Notes: generated by a model from the sequence alone, not told the origin. A DNA stretch of 64,000 nucleotides from Malacoraja senta (GCA_038087875.1 CM075989.1:17672001-17736000); one strand, 5' to 3'. Counted from the first letter of the stretch, positions 49,211 to 62,690 are shown. Numbers and translations: made by a program.

Positions 49211-50797
49211 CAGGGATGGGATTCCTCTGCTCCAGGCCAAGAGTAGTGACCAAATACCAGAACCCTGTCTCAATCCTCCATCCATGTGTTTTGACCAGGC
49301 TCGTCACTGATAAAACCATAAATACATTCATTCATAGCTTGTTAGCATTGTTGCAGCATGAACACTCCTATAACTGCAATGATTATGCTTGCTGGAGCAC
49401 CTCTCCTTTAAGAGCAGCAGACCCAACTTCAATCCGTTACATTTGACTTGTCGTATAGACTCCTGAAATTACTGTTCACCAGCACAAAAAACGCCACAAC
49501 CATTGCTTGAAATGTTTACACTAATCTTCGCTCTGATCTAACAGGAACATACTGGCAAGATTCCTCCTCGCCACCATCGTTTCCCTGCTAGTTGCATTCT
49601 GATTTCAATGCTTGGAAATTACTAAATACCCTCGTTCAACAGATGCCTAAGAGAAGGTAATAAAACATAAACAAGCCTTGTCCTTTGTCCTTAAAAGAAA
49701 ATTCCCCAAAAATTATAATGTTAATTTGAAGACCCAAAAAGCCTTTAGAGTGTTGCTTTGCAGATAGCTACATCAAAAGTAATGCAAACAAGTAAAGTTT
49801 GTTTTCCAACACCACACAAAAGATTGGGGATATAACCTTATGAGGTGGGTTGAAATCAGAGAGGAACAGTGCTGAGCAGAGCAGCCTTGGACAGAATGAC
49901 TAAGTGCACAATGGGCTCTTTATTAACAATTCAAAGGGAGACAGATGGCATCATTGCGAACACCACATCCAAGGGCACACACTATAAAAGTCCTTTGACA
50001 TTGCTCAGTTTCACATAAAAGGTGAAGGATTTATTTAATTTTGGGAGCCATTCTTTTACTTGGCTTCATTTAATAAAGACAACACTCAGAGGACAGACAG
50101 CAAGGAACATGGCCTGCGTCTACAGATTGGACGTTTTCATCTGCCTCATAAATCCTTTTTATATTAATTTATCGTTCATCATTTACACAGGGTTCAGGCA
50201 CTGATGGGAATAACCTTAGATAAAGATTTGATGGGGCTGTTGAAGAAAAACAATGCCACGTATGCACCAGTGGTCATGTGCTGTCACCCTTTCACTTGGA
50301 AAGGCTGGATGATCTGAGAATAATTTATAATCCTTCATAATGCGCAAAAAAAGGAACATGAAAGTCATCAAAATGTTAAGCTGTTAAATCTCTAAGGAGG
50401 CCCCATTGTGAAAAACAAAAAGAAATATTTGGATTAGTTGCTTCTGGGAAAAGTTTTATTCTACTTAATATAAACGATTACAAAGCTCCTTCCTGAAATT
50501 GAAGTGGACTGAACTTTTCTAAGTGAACTTTACTTTCAAAGTATTGGTGTTGGTGAAGCCAAGTGTGCCGTATGGACGTTGAGGCACTGACTGCAGTTAT
50601 TGTAGAAGCAGAGCAGAGGGGGACATTCCACAGAACCATTGAACCACCCAGTTTAAAGGCCAGATGTAACCAAGATTAAAACTGAGAGAAAACAGGAAGA
50701 GACCATATGGACAATGGATTTAGTTCTAATGATTGATTTGACAAGTAACTCAATTGATCCATGTAGCCTGCGGGTGAGCGGACTCTGTGTAGCAAAG

Positions 50798-51062
50798 AGT
50801 TCAGAGATATTGCATGGAAACAGGCCCTTTGACCCACCAAGTCCATGCCAACCAGTGACACCAACACCATCCTACACCTGAGGGACAATTTACAATTTTT
50901 ACCAAAATCAATTGACCTACAAATCTGTACATCTGTAGGAGGAACTCAGAGCACCCGAAGAAAACCCACACGGTCACAGGGAGAATGTACAAGCTCCATA
51001 CGGGCAGCACCCATAGACAGGATCGAACCAGGGTCTCTGGCGCTATGCCACTGTGCCGCCCA
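50798..51062 (-). mobile_element. V-SINE
   Basis: Box B GGTTCGATCC, V-domain and CR1-like tail. Confidence 0.8.
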
Positions 51063-51121
51063 AGAGTGCAATGAACTTGTACAGTGTAGCACAGCAGAGT
51101 ACAGCATTTACTGCCACTTTA

Positions 51122-51522
51122 ATATCAAAACAAACCTTCTACTCCCAGCTTAAAGAAGGCAAACGTAAAAGAGGCGGACAAAAGAGGAGATTCATAGACG
51201 CCTTAAAAGCCAGCATGAAGAAATGTGAAATCGACAACGACAATTGGGAAACCAATGCCAAGGACAGGAAACTCTGGCAAACCATAATCTAAAAAGGAGC
51301 AGCGACTTTCGAAGCCAACAGATGCGCAGGATTAGAAGAAAAGAGAAGAAAATGGAAAGAGAGGCAGCAACAACCAAAGCTCGATCTGCCATCTGGAACT
51401 ACCCATCCTGAATGCCGAAGAACTTTCAAAGCCAGGATTGGACTCATAGGCCACCTGAAAGTCCATAAAAACGATGGAACGTAGACTATCATCCTCGACC
51501 TCGAGGGATAACCACGACGAAT
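51122..51522 (+). mobile_element. RTE-clade (BovB-like) LINE 3' end
   Basis: FYSQLKEGKRKRGGQKRRFIDALKASMK..WET.A.DR..W..GAATFE..C..TFKARIGLIGHLKVH, with a single stop. Short hairpin and (ACG)n tail. Confidence 0.8.
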
Positions 51523-51859
51523 ATTCAGATAAAACTATTTAAGATAGAACTAATAATAACAAATGCAAATGACAAAGGTTCCTCCACCGACATGCTCTGT
51601 CCCCATGATGCTGTCCCCTGATGATCAGGATCCCCAATGAGATTCTGAAAATGCACATCCTTGTCCGTATCTCAGCAACCTGTGTAGACTAGTGATGATG
51701 CAGTTCACCACAATCCCCAGTGCACCAGAACATCCTTTGGTGATTTAAGAACATTCGAAGACTTAAACCTCAAATCCCTCACTCAGCTCAGTCCCCTGAG
51801 AAGCAACAGTTCTGCCTGCCTCTGCAGAAACTAGCAAACAGAAAGATTGGAATCTAGGC

Positions 51860-52332
51860 CATTTCATTCAAATTCAATACTCTCTTCCAGTTCTCTCCCC
51901 GCATCCCTTGATGCTGGTTAACCCTTGGAAAAAAATGTCCAACTGCTTTTTGCATATATTCACTGGCTTGGCTTCTGTTTACGGTAGAGAATACCACAGG
52001 TTCACTACTTTTTGGGAGAAGAAATATTTCCTAATCGCAGGCTTAAGTGACTCATCCCGTCCTTAGGCATGACCCCTGATCCTGGACCTCCTCATCAATG
52101 GGAACATCCTTCCTGCATTTATCAGTTCCGTCTGTTAGAAGTTAGTAGGTTTCTATGTGATCCTCCCTCGGTCTTCTAAACTCTGGTGAGTATGACTCTG
52201 GCTGGTTCAATCTCTCTTCATCTGTTGGACCCGGCATCCTAGGGATCTGTCTGTTGAACCTACACTGATCTCTCTTCACATCATTCCAGTTAGATAGCCC
52301 AAATCTGCACACAATATTCAAGGTGTAGTCCA
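51860..52332 (-). mobile_element. Degenerate CR1 3' fragment
   Basis: ..IPRMPGPTDEERLNQ...SPEFRRPREDHIETY. Confidence 0.7.
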
Positions 52333-52719
52333 AGTACTATGTGTGTGTGTGAGACATGGAACTACAATGGGCAGCTCCAAGCCATAGAGGTTCAGTTGGT
52401 GCTGCCTCTGCAAAAAAAAAACAGCCCACTGGCAGGACCATTAAACCAATTCCAGCTCCAGTGGATAGGCTGTATCATCCACATGCCAGGGACCTGATTG
52501 CCAACACAATTTCCTTCACAGCAAAATATTTCCAGCACGAAATGTGAACACTTCAAAGATATTCAAGACGGTCTCCTTGAAAAAATATGACGGTTCAAAG
52601 GTTTAATGTCATTTATTATCACATTTACCAAAGGTACAAGAAAATGCATATCTTGCATATAGATCACTGCGATTATTGTCATACATCCTCACCAACTCAT
52701 GGCAATTCCTGCCCCGTAA

Positions 52720-53160
52720 CACAAGGGTGGTAAAGAAGACACAATATACTTTATCAGTTGGGGCGTTGAGTATAAAAGTTGGGAAATCACATTGCAGCTT
52801 TATAAAACCTTGGTCAGGCCACATTTGGAGTATTGTGATCAGTTCCGAGAGCCCGATTACAGGAAGGATGTGGAGGTTTTTGGAGAGGGTGCACTAGAGG
52901 CTCACCAGAAAGCTACCTGGATTAGCGAGTATTGGCAATTAGGAGAGGTTAGCCAATTTGGATAGTTTTTTTCTGGAGATTCAGAGGCGGACGACCTGAT
53001 GAAAGTGCAGAAAATTATGTGATCAAGAATTATGTTAAGAGGCATTTTGATAGGAATGTAAATATGGAGGGATGTGGAGGCAAGTGGGATTAGTTTAATT
53101 TAGCATCATGTTCAGCACAGACATTATGGGCAGAAGGGCATGTTCCTCTGTTCCAGGTTC
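52720..53160 (+). mobile_element. Degenerate CR1 3' fragment
   Basis: LQLYKTLVRPHLEYC..YRKDVEVLERVH*R. Confidence 0.75.
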
Positions 53161-54237
53161 CATTGACGTTAGATTGGAACAATCGCACACACTGATTTCT
53201 ATTTTTTGTCCATCACCACTTTTTACAAAGGAGAAGGTCAACTCCACATCAAGGAAAGGTTGAAGACTTGCTATTAGAGACATAGAGTCAAAGCCATATA
53301 GCACAGAAACAGGCCCTTTGGCCGAACTTGTCCATTCTGACCAAGATGCTCATCTATACTAGTTCTACCTATCTTCATTTTATCGAGTTTACGAGAATTA
53401 TGATTGAGCTTCCAACACCTAGGAAGCAACATAATAAAGCAGAGGAATCTATGCAGCAACTGGACAAAGACAACCTGATAACCCCTCTCTGTAGAGAAGG
53501 AAGCTGGGTACAGGTCCGGCATTATTTAAACTAAATATTTATTACCAAAGACCAAATAAATGGTCTCACGAGGCAAATTAATTCCAGCCCATATCTCAGC
53601 AGTACATTCTGCAGTGGGCTGTGGTCTAAGTCCTGCAATGTGTGAGTTTAATTCAGTCCATTTGATTATTATCTCACATAATAACAGCTACTAGAAGCAA
53701 AGATTAAAGAGTGTTAGCCTACTTAGCGAAACCCTTTTTCGTGCGTCCCAATGATTATTGTAAAACATATTATCATCCGATCAGCTAAAGCAGCAGCAGC
53801 AGAGTATTAAATCCAAAGGGATGAGAATGGTCAAGATCAACTTGGTTATATATATTTATCTGACCAAAGAGCCACAAGCTGGAGATTATCCAAGAAAAAA
53901 ACATCACTCTAAAGCAACTTCACATCTTAGAATAGGTCCCAATACAGTAAATGAGCATTACAGTTTAATAGGGAAATAGTGAGGTCAGTTAGCGCACACT
54001 GCAAGATGCCAGATTCAGTAGCCACTGGATATTTAAGGAACTATTACCATGATATCTTTGGAGCCATCTGAAACAGCAAGTCAGATTCCCACTGAACTCA
54101 CTCAAGGACAGTTTGTGTTTTGCTCAGGTGGAAAGCAAGCCGCTTTTAATTTGCAGAGAAGCGGGGAAACATAGATAAGGGTTCTCCCATAGAGCTGGGG
54201 GATGGGGGGGGGGGGGGGGCTGTTACCGTGATAAACT

Positions 54238-54512
54238 ATTTAGACTTTAGAGATACAGCGAGGAAGCAGACCCTTCGGCCCTCCGTGTTGTCCAACAATC
54301 AAACCGTAGACTAGTTCTATCCGACACGCTAGAGACAATTTACCGAAGCCTACGAACCTGCATGTTTCTGGAGTACAGGAGTCTTTGGAGCATCCGGAGA
54401 AAACCCAAGTGGTCACAGGGAGAACATGCAAACTGCACACAGACAGTACCCGTAGTCAGGATTGAACCCGAGTCCCTACTGCGGTAATGCAGCTACTCTA
54501 CCACTGTGCCGC
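54238..54512 (-). mobile_element. V-SINE
   Basis: Box B GGTTCAATCC, V-domain and tail. Confidence 0.8.
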
Positions 54513-54789
54513 ACCTAGTGATGAAGCTCTCTGGTTGATAGATTGTGGTCAGTTATAGATACAGAAAACAAATAAAATGATATGTAAAAAGTGTGAAATG
54601 CAGGTCAGGGCTGCGGGAAACGCACAGCAGATCAAGTAGTATCGGTGGAGAAAGGATGATAGGAATATTAGAGGGTTATAACTTACAGAACTATTCAGTT
54701 GAGAAGCACAGAAAACAACCTGAAATTGTTTGAACTAAATAATCTTGAGCCTGGAATCTATCCAAGCAGGGAAAATAGGTACAGAGGAC

Positions 54790-55110
54790 AATCAGAACCT
54801 TTTCCTCCCCAGGGTGGAAATGTCCAATACAAGAGGGCATTGGCATAAGGTGAGAGCGGTAAGTTGAATGGAGACGTGCGGGGCAAGTCTTTTTTTTTTT
54901 AACATAGTGTAGTGGGTTATCTTAGTTTAGAGATTGCCAGGGGTGGTGGTGGAGGCAGATACGATAGTGGCGTTTAACAGGCTTCTGGATAGGCACATGG
55001 AAGTACAAGGAATAGTGGGATATGGATCATGTACAGACAGACGTGATCAGTTTAAGTTGGGATCATGTTCGACAAACATTGTGGGCTGATTGTGCTGTAC
55101 TGTTTGTTCT
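54790..55110 (+). mobile_element. CR1 3' end fragment
   Basis: TRGHWHKVR..LPGVVVEADTIVAFNRLLDRHM. Confidence 0.7.
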
Positions 55111-57294
55111 ACGTTCAATGAAATGCCGTTCTTCAAGCTGACATCGGCCTGCAGGAAACCACAGACAGTGCGAGTGTGGGACGAAGGAATAAAGTGACGA
55201 ACAACAACCAGAGGCTCAGGGTCACCCGCAGACTGAATGTGGGCACAAAGTGGTCCTATTGTAGAAGAGCTCGCATTGTGCGCATTGAATGCATTGCAAT
55301 AAATTGGAAAAAGCTCACTGCATTTCATTCAGTGTTCATCATCCAGACCTCATCTGCCGATTTGTTCACACTGTTTCTTTCCCCAGAGATGCTGCCCAAC
55401 CCGCTGCGCATTTCCAGCATTTTCTGGTTTTGCACGTGAAATGGATGACTTTCATTTAACCCTCAACCTATCAGGATATGTGAATGTATAATCCACTAAC
55501 ATTTAAGAAGAGTGCAGTGGTGGGAGTTTTAGCATTAGATAACTAACAATGTGTATACAAATTATTTTCAGCCTACAAAGTGTTGCTTCTATATTTTCTG
55601 TTGAACTGCATTCATGTCTTCACACTCCGAGATTCTTCCTTGACATTTTAAATTACAAATTTACTATTAGAGCCACCTCATGACTCTATCAGACTGCTCT
55701 GCAATTCTATATGATTATGGCTCACATAACCTTGGCCTTAAAACCACTTTCCTGATCATGACCTGATCCTAGATTTCTAAAAATAGTCCAGAAATCTATA
55801 CCTATCCTTGGATGTACTGTAATTAATGACCAATTATCTCAGGGGACAAAATTCAAATGACACTCTCATCCTCACAATAATTCTCCTATAGAGTCCCATT
55901 TAAATCTGTTATGCTTCAGAAAAAATAACCAGAAGATATTGGTAGGAAATGTAAATTTCCTGGTCAGGAATCAAATATGAAAAGGCGATTGAAACATTGT
56001 CTTCAAATAGTGCAAGTTTAAATATTTTGCATTGATTTCTGCAGACGCTACAGCATTAGAAAGGATTGTTCAACAAAACTAGTTTGTAACGCTGTCCATA
56101 TTCTACTCGTCTTTCCCCAATGCTCCTTGCTGTCTCCCATCTAGCATCACCTTCCATTCCTCTATCACACCCTTATGACATGGGAGACGACCATTTGGCC
56201 CGTCATGTCTCTCAGAGCAATCCCGACAATCCGATGACCCTACTTGGTTCTCCATAAGCTATTATCTCACACATGCCCATTGTCACACATCACGGCCCCT
56301 TTCACTGACCACCCACTCAGACCGAGGGCAAGTTGCGGTAACTAGTTAATGTACAGTAACAGTCAGTAGGTCTTTGGGATGTAGGAGGAAACTAACACCC
56401 ATGGAGAATATGGCAACTCCACACAGGCAAAATCAGAGGTTAAATTCAAAACCAACTCACTTGGGTTACCAAACAGTTGCACCATCTGCCTTGTTTCTCT
56501 GCTGTCCTATTCAGCTCCCTTCAAAAACATCTCAAACTTTCATCACAATTATTCCTTGCGGGGGGCATTTCCACAGTGTAGCAACTTCTTGGGTAAAGGC
56601 GTTTATCCTGAATTCACTAACAAATTAATTGGAAACTAATCTCCACCGTTGTAATCTCCAAAAAAAAAAACACTTTCCCATTGCCTGTTAACTTTAGACA
56701 TTTTTTTCTTCCACAATTGGTTGCCGTATCAAATCTGTGTACACTCCTTTTAATTGATTTTAGATTGAAAAATAAAAATACTAAAGTCTAGAAAAATAAA
56801 AATACTAAAGACAATTCGATGCGAGCATTCCTCTAGAAGTAACACGGGCAGACTTGAGTTATTTACCATTTCAATTCCCCGACACTATTCTGGGTATCTC
56901 AGAGTGACCGCTGAAGATCAAAGTGCACATTTTCCTTCATCCAGTAATTTTGTTGAATGGTAGATAATTTAATCATGTTCACCATTATAATTTTTCACTG
57001 AAATTAGTCAACCCATTAGTCAACTCCAGAGATGCTGCCTGTCCCACTGAGTTACTCAAGCATTTTGTGTCTATCTTCTTTATAAATTAAAAACAAATTT
57101 TAACTGTGTTTGCAAATTCATCAAAATTAACAATAAGTGCAACATAGAACACCCATTTCAGATGCCCTGCCCCCAGTAATTACCTTACTCAATTATTTTT
57201 TTACACAGGAGGTAATCACATTTGAAAGCATTAATATTCTCATTTTTCCATCAATGCTCTTTAACCAACATAGTAAAATCACTTTCATCTATTG

Positions 57295-57615
57295 ATCAGA
57301 AGGTTGAGTTCAATGTTCTGGGGCAGGGCTGAGGCTGTGCTACACTGTTAGAGGTGTTGTCCCTCAACTGGGATATTAACCCAAGGTCTGGCTTGATCTT
57401 TTGCGGATGTTACAAATAGCTGGCATATCTTATGTCAGATATTTATCCCTCAATCAAAATTTAAAAAAAGATCATTATCACATTGCCCTTGCAGGAATTG
57501 CTTTGTGCAAATTGACTATCTTATTTCCTATATTACAATAGCGACTGCACTTTAAGAGAGTTACTAGCTATAAAAGAGCTTTGGTCCACGAGAGGGACTG
57601 TTTGTATGCCAGTCC
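57295..57615 (+). mobile_element. Old Deu-SINE-like (SacSINE/AmnSINE-related) element
   Basis: ..atatttatccctcaa..attatcacattgc..gtgcaaattg..tttcctatattacaatagcgactgcactt.. recognised from memory of the family. Weaker copies at ~180-300 (minus) and ~4200-4360. Confidence 0.5.
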
Positions 57616-57785
57616 TTATGTACACCAACCTCAGAACAATATCCCCCAGAATAAACAAATATTTTTTGTCCCATAATGTGAACATTCCCCATCAGTTTAT
57701 TATTTACTACCCTACCTTAACTTCAATTTGCCAAGTTCTCTTGCTTTAGTCAATGAAAGGAAGCTCATCCTGGTGATTGAGTGTA

Positions 57786-57879
57786 GACAAAAGTGCTGGA
57801 GAAACTCAGCGGGTGCAGCAGCATCTATGGAGTGAAGGAAATAGGCAACGTTTCGTGCCAAAACCCTTCTTCAGACTGA
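57786..57879 (-). mobile_element. Short Penelope-derived hammerhead-motif unit
   Basis: 94-bp insert with a perfect 10-bp TSD ATTGAGTGTA at 57776-57785 and 57880-57889. Confidence 0.85.
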
Positions 57880-59134
57880 ATTGAGTGTATGCCTGGAGAT
57901 GACGGATTCATTCTGCACAAAACAGTTGCTTTATATTTCTTGATCACATTATGTGCAAATGAAAATCCTGCAGAAATTAATTTACAGATGGACAGAATAT
58001 CTTTTAATTATTTTTAATTCACTAAACACACCATAAAACTGCTGTGTATTTAAACCAAATTCCAAGAACATTTTCAAATAGAGATACACGTTAAAATGCA
58101 GTCGGTACTAATTTATATGATAATGCATCACTTCAGAAAGGCGACAAACTATACATTTTGCAACGTACAAAGTTCTCCTTAATCAGGGACAGTGCAGTTG
58201 TTGCTGCACCACTACATCCATCATTTGAGAAATAGCTGTGTGGGTAACTCTCTATTTCCTTATTAAGCTATTTGCTGCCAAAAGCTTCACTGCATGAAGA
58301 TGGACTTATTATGTTATTGTAGCACAGGGTGACGTAGGATTAATTCATGTTTTAGATCAAAAGGGTATTTGTTCAATAATAGAATATCGAACTGCAGCTG
58401 ATAAACATGCACTTAACAGCATCATTACAGGACCTGTGATTACCATGCTTCAACTGTTTTGTGTATAAAATGATGTTCATTTTCCCCTCATTGACGAATA
58501 GTCTTAAGGAGGTACTAATGGATGGTTGTAAAACTGACAAATAAACTAAAATAAGGTATAGATCACCGCGGTATTGCATGAATTCATAGAAACAGCCAGG
58601 CTTAAATGAGCAATAAATCAACATTTAATAGAAAACCAATTTATCGCTAATCAAGAAATGTTTTTTATTTAAGTTCCTTTACGTAACCAAAATCCCACCA
58701 TATATTTTGCAATTATATTGTTAGTATATTGTGCATCCACATTATACATTTATACTCATAGTGCAAATTCCATCAGTCCCAGAATTGATTTGTGTTGATT
58801 AAATTGTTTACAGTCAGTTTCTGAATGCAACATTTAAACTGATTGCTCAGGGGTTCCAAGATGACATTACAAATTAGATTATTAATTGACCAGCTAGTAG
58901 ATAACATAGAAGAGTCATCAATAATATTAGTTTCAGTTGGGCAGCTGTAACCAGTGGGGTCCTCAAGGACCTGGTCTTACAAACCCCGCTATTCAATAAA
59001 TTAATGTGTTTTAAAAAGAAGTTCAAAGCGTTAAATTTAACCATAGTGCAAAGTTGTTTGTGGAAGCAGGCTCCACAGAATATGTATTAGATTGACAAAT
59101 TAAAGTCAGTCAGGTCTTGAAATAAGGTTTGTCA

Positions 59135-59405
59135 TAGTCATAGAGTGATAGTGTGGAAACGGGTCCTCCAGCCCAACTTGCCCACACTGACCAACATGTC
59201 ATGGTTACACTAGTCCCACTTGCCTGCATTTGGTCCATATCCCTCCAAACCTGCCCTATCCATGTACCTGTCTAACTGCTTCTTAAACGTTGGGATAGAC
59301 CCAGCCTCAACTACCTCCTCTGGCAGCTTTTTCCAAACACTCATCAACCTTTGTGAAAAAAAGTTACCCCTCAGATTCCTATTAAATCTTTTCCCCGTCA
59401 CTTTA
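59135..59405 (-). mobile_element. CR1 3' end
   Basis: GKRFNRNLRGNFFSQR..WKKLPEEVVEAGSIPTFKKQLDRYMD. Confidence 0.85.
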
Positions 59406-59549
59406 AATCTATTTAAGGTTTAATATTGGGATTAATATTCTCTAGTGGGATTAATAATGGAGGATTATTATTCACCCTATAGATCAATAATGTCCTGCAG
59501 TTTCAGCAACGTTTTCAGCTTCACTGCTCCAAATGCAAATCCAGGACGA

Positions 59550-59985
59550 AGGCAGACGACGCCAACAGGATTAACAAACTCATCAAGAAGCCTGGCTCCA
59601 TCCTGGGGGCGGAGTTGGATTCATGGGAGGTGGTCTTGGAGGGGAGGATGCTCCTCAAACTGCAGAGCATCTTGGACAACACAGCTCACCCCTTCATGGC
59701 ACACTGGTCAACCTGAGGAGTACATTTCAGCAACAGACTGGTTCCAAAATGCAATACAGAACGCCACAGGAGATCGTTCTTCCCTATGGCTATCAAACTG
59801 TACAACTCCTCCCCTTCTCTCGCGGGGTAGACTGACTTCCATCCCACACCCCCCCCCCCTCCCAAATCTTTGCACATCCCCAATCCTTTCCACTCGTCAC
59901 TTTAATTTCATGTTTCATATATCTTGTGTTTTATGACTGTTGGAAGATCAATTTCCCTCCTCGTAGGATAAATTTCCTTATCGTA
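59550..59985 (+). mobile_element. Rex1-type LINE 3' end (second subfamily)
   Basis: DANRINKLIKK.GSILG..RMLLKLQSILDNTAHP..TERHRRSFFPMAIKLYNSSP across frameshifts. Confidence 0.75.
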
Positions 59986-61144
59986 GGACAAATTCTGAAC
60001 TTTGTAGAAAAGCCCAGACAGGAGGTGCAGGCTGATTCCAGCATGTTAGTGGTGTTCACAAGGTAAGAAACATTGATATGACCAATCTGACTGGCTTGTG
60101 AAAAGGGAAATATCTGGGGAAAATGATCCATGGAAACCACTTCAATTAACTGCAGAAAGGAGATGAAGAAGTCTTGCTGGGAATGCAGGCAACTTTGTCA
60201 ATAGGGACTGAATGAGCTTCCAAACGAAAAGATTTCAAAGCTACCATGGAAAACACCATGAATGTAGAGGTCAAGAGATGTTTAACAGAAATATTTAGAA
60301 GGTTTTGATTAATACTGTATCTTAGAAATATTAGAAATCTTTGAAAATCAGACAAGTATTTCCTCAAGGGAGTCACAGACATATAGAAGTGATACAGCTG
60401 CTTTGGCCTACCAAGTCCACACAAACCATCAACCACCTATCTGCATTAACCCTATAATAATCCCCTTTTTAAATTCACCCCACATTCTCATCAATTCCTC
60501 CAGTTTCTATCAGTCACATACACACTTGCACAATTTATAATGTCAAATTAATGTGCCAACCCACATCTTTGGAATATGGGAGGAAATTAGAATACCCAGA
60601 AGAACCCACGATGGGTTGTTATGAAGCACTGGCTACAAGTGCTTGACAGAGTGAGGCTTTTGTCCAATGTCAAGAATTCCTAGATGACTGGAAAAGGTTT
60701 AGCGACTCTGATAATTACTTATCAAACGTCTACAACCAAAACACAACCAATGGAATCACAAGCAGAGCACATAGCAAGGACAGCAAGTTATCTTCCATGA
60801 AGTAAGCGAACCAGATGGATTTTGGGGGCATTTGACTATCTGAAAGTTATATATTATTGTGATTAATTCCTGCTTTCCGATTCTAGATATTGATTTGACA
60901 TGAACTTGTATCACTCTGAAGCAAGGCCAGAATTTGAATTCTTGCCTCTGGATCATTTATTTTTTGGATGAGTAATCCAGCAACGTAACCACTTCTTAAA
61001 GCTTGGGCTTTTTGGACAATTATTCAGGTAATCCTTGGTGAATGTTGACGACTTTCGCTGCTCACAAGAGTGCTTTCAGTCTGAACTGAGATCAGCAAGT
61101 GAAGAGGCAGCTTAGTAAAACATCGAAGAGGCAACACAAGAGGT

Positions 61145-61642
61145 GACTGCATCATGGCCTGGTTCGGCAACTTGAACGCCCAGGAACAAAAGAGTATACA
61201 AAGAGTGGTGAACACTGCTCGATCCATCATGGGTACTGACCTCCCCACCTTCAAAGGGACCTTCAAGAGGCGCTGTCTCAAAAAGGCAAAGCATCATCAA
61301 AGACCCACGCAATCCTGGCCACGCTCTTATTTCACTCCGGCCATCAGGAAGAAGGTACAGAGGAGTCTGAAATCTGTAACATCCTGGTTCAGGTGCAGCT
61401 TCTTCCCAATAGCCATCAGGCTGTTGACACCACGAGTTCCAACCAAACTCTGAACTACAAACTGCCTGGGTTGCACTAGTGACTTCTGGCTTTTTGTATT
61501 TGCACTATATTGTTTTGTTTTTTTAATTTATTGAACTTTTTGATTTTTATATTATCTATTGAGTTCTTGATTTACAAACCTGTTGTGCTGCTGCTGCAAG
61601 AATGTCATTATTCCATTCACACATGACAATAAAACACTCTTG
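61145..61642 (+). mobile_element. Rex1/Babar-type LINE 3' end
   Basis: AWFGNLNAQEQKSIQRVVNTARSIMG..SFFPIAIRLL; gacaataaaa tail. Confidence 0.85.
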
Positions 61643-62409
61643 ATACCCGAGACATTAGATCTTACCTTTGTTACAGCAACTCAGTGGCCATTTTCCCTTC
61701 ACGGTAAACACAATTTGAATTGCAGTTTGGAAAGCAAAGGGACCGATCAGTCCCAGGCAATAGGTTCAGGAATCTTCATTCCCCATATGATAAGATCACC
61801 TTCTGCTGCCCGAAATATATCTCTGGCGTTTAAAGCTACAGATAGAATATTTTACTGACATGTCAATGTCCATTTCAATGGCAATATTTCACCACTGGAT
61901 TAGATAGAAAAGGGCGATTGAAGGCAACATATATTCACCCTCAGGTTACAATATTGTTGTGAACGCTGCTTGACGTGGTTCAGTTTATAATTGGCTCTCC
62001 CTGCTGTTAGAAAGCAGCTTAGGAATGAGAAGCTAATTATCTTTATCCTACTCAAGTAGAGTTCTTCTCTTCATTGCCTCTGATGCATTTTCATCTACTG
62101 ATAATGATCAGTGATGCTGGTTCATGAGGCCCATTTCTTACTACTAACATCCTACATAGGGTAAATGTTATGTTGCATGCTATGCAATCTCTCCGCGGTA
62201 CATCTGTAATAAGATCGTACAATATCCTACCTAATCATGGAATTGATCCCTCTACCTTGAACAGCTCAGCCCAGGTTCTCTTCAATCACACTGGCACCAA
62301 GGCCAAGCAGACAATGAAGAGCATTTTAACCAAAAATTCTTCATAGGATTTCCATCTCCACATCAGTGGTTCTATTGTTAAGAAAGTCATCCAATTTTCA
62401 AAAACATCA

Positions 62410-62690
62410 TACAGTGTGGAAACAGGCCTTTCGGCCTACCGAGTCGCCGTTGACCAGCAATCACCCGCACACTAGCTTTATCCTACACACTAAGGGCAAT
62501 TTACAGAAGCCAATTAAACCTACAAACCTGCACGTCTTTGGAATGTGGGAAGAAACCAGAGCACCTGGAGAAAACCCACGAGCTCACAGGGAGGACGTGC
62601 AAACTCTGTACAGACAGCACCTGTAGTCAGGATCGAACCTAGGTCTCTGGTGCTAAAAGGCAGCAACTCTACCGCTGCACCATTGTGCCA
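62410..62690 (-). mobile_element. V-SINE
   Basis: Box A TGGTGCAGCGG, box B GGTTCGATCC and V-domain. Confidence 0.85.
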
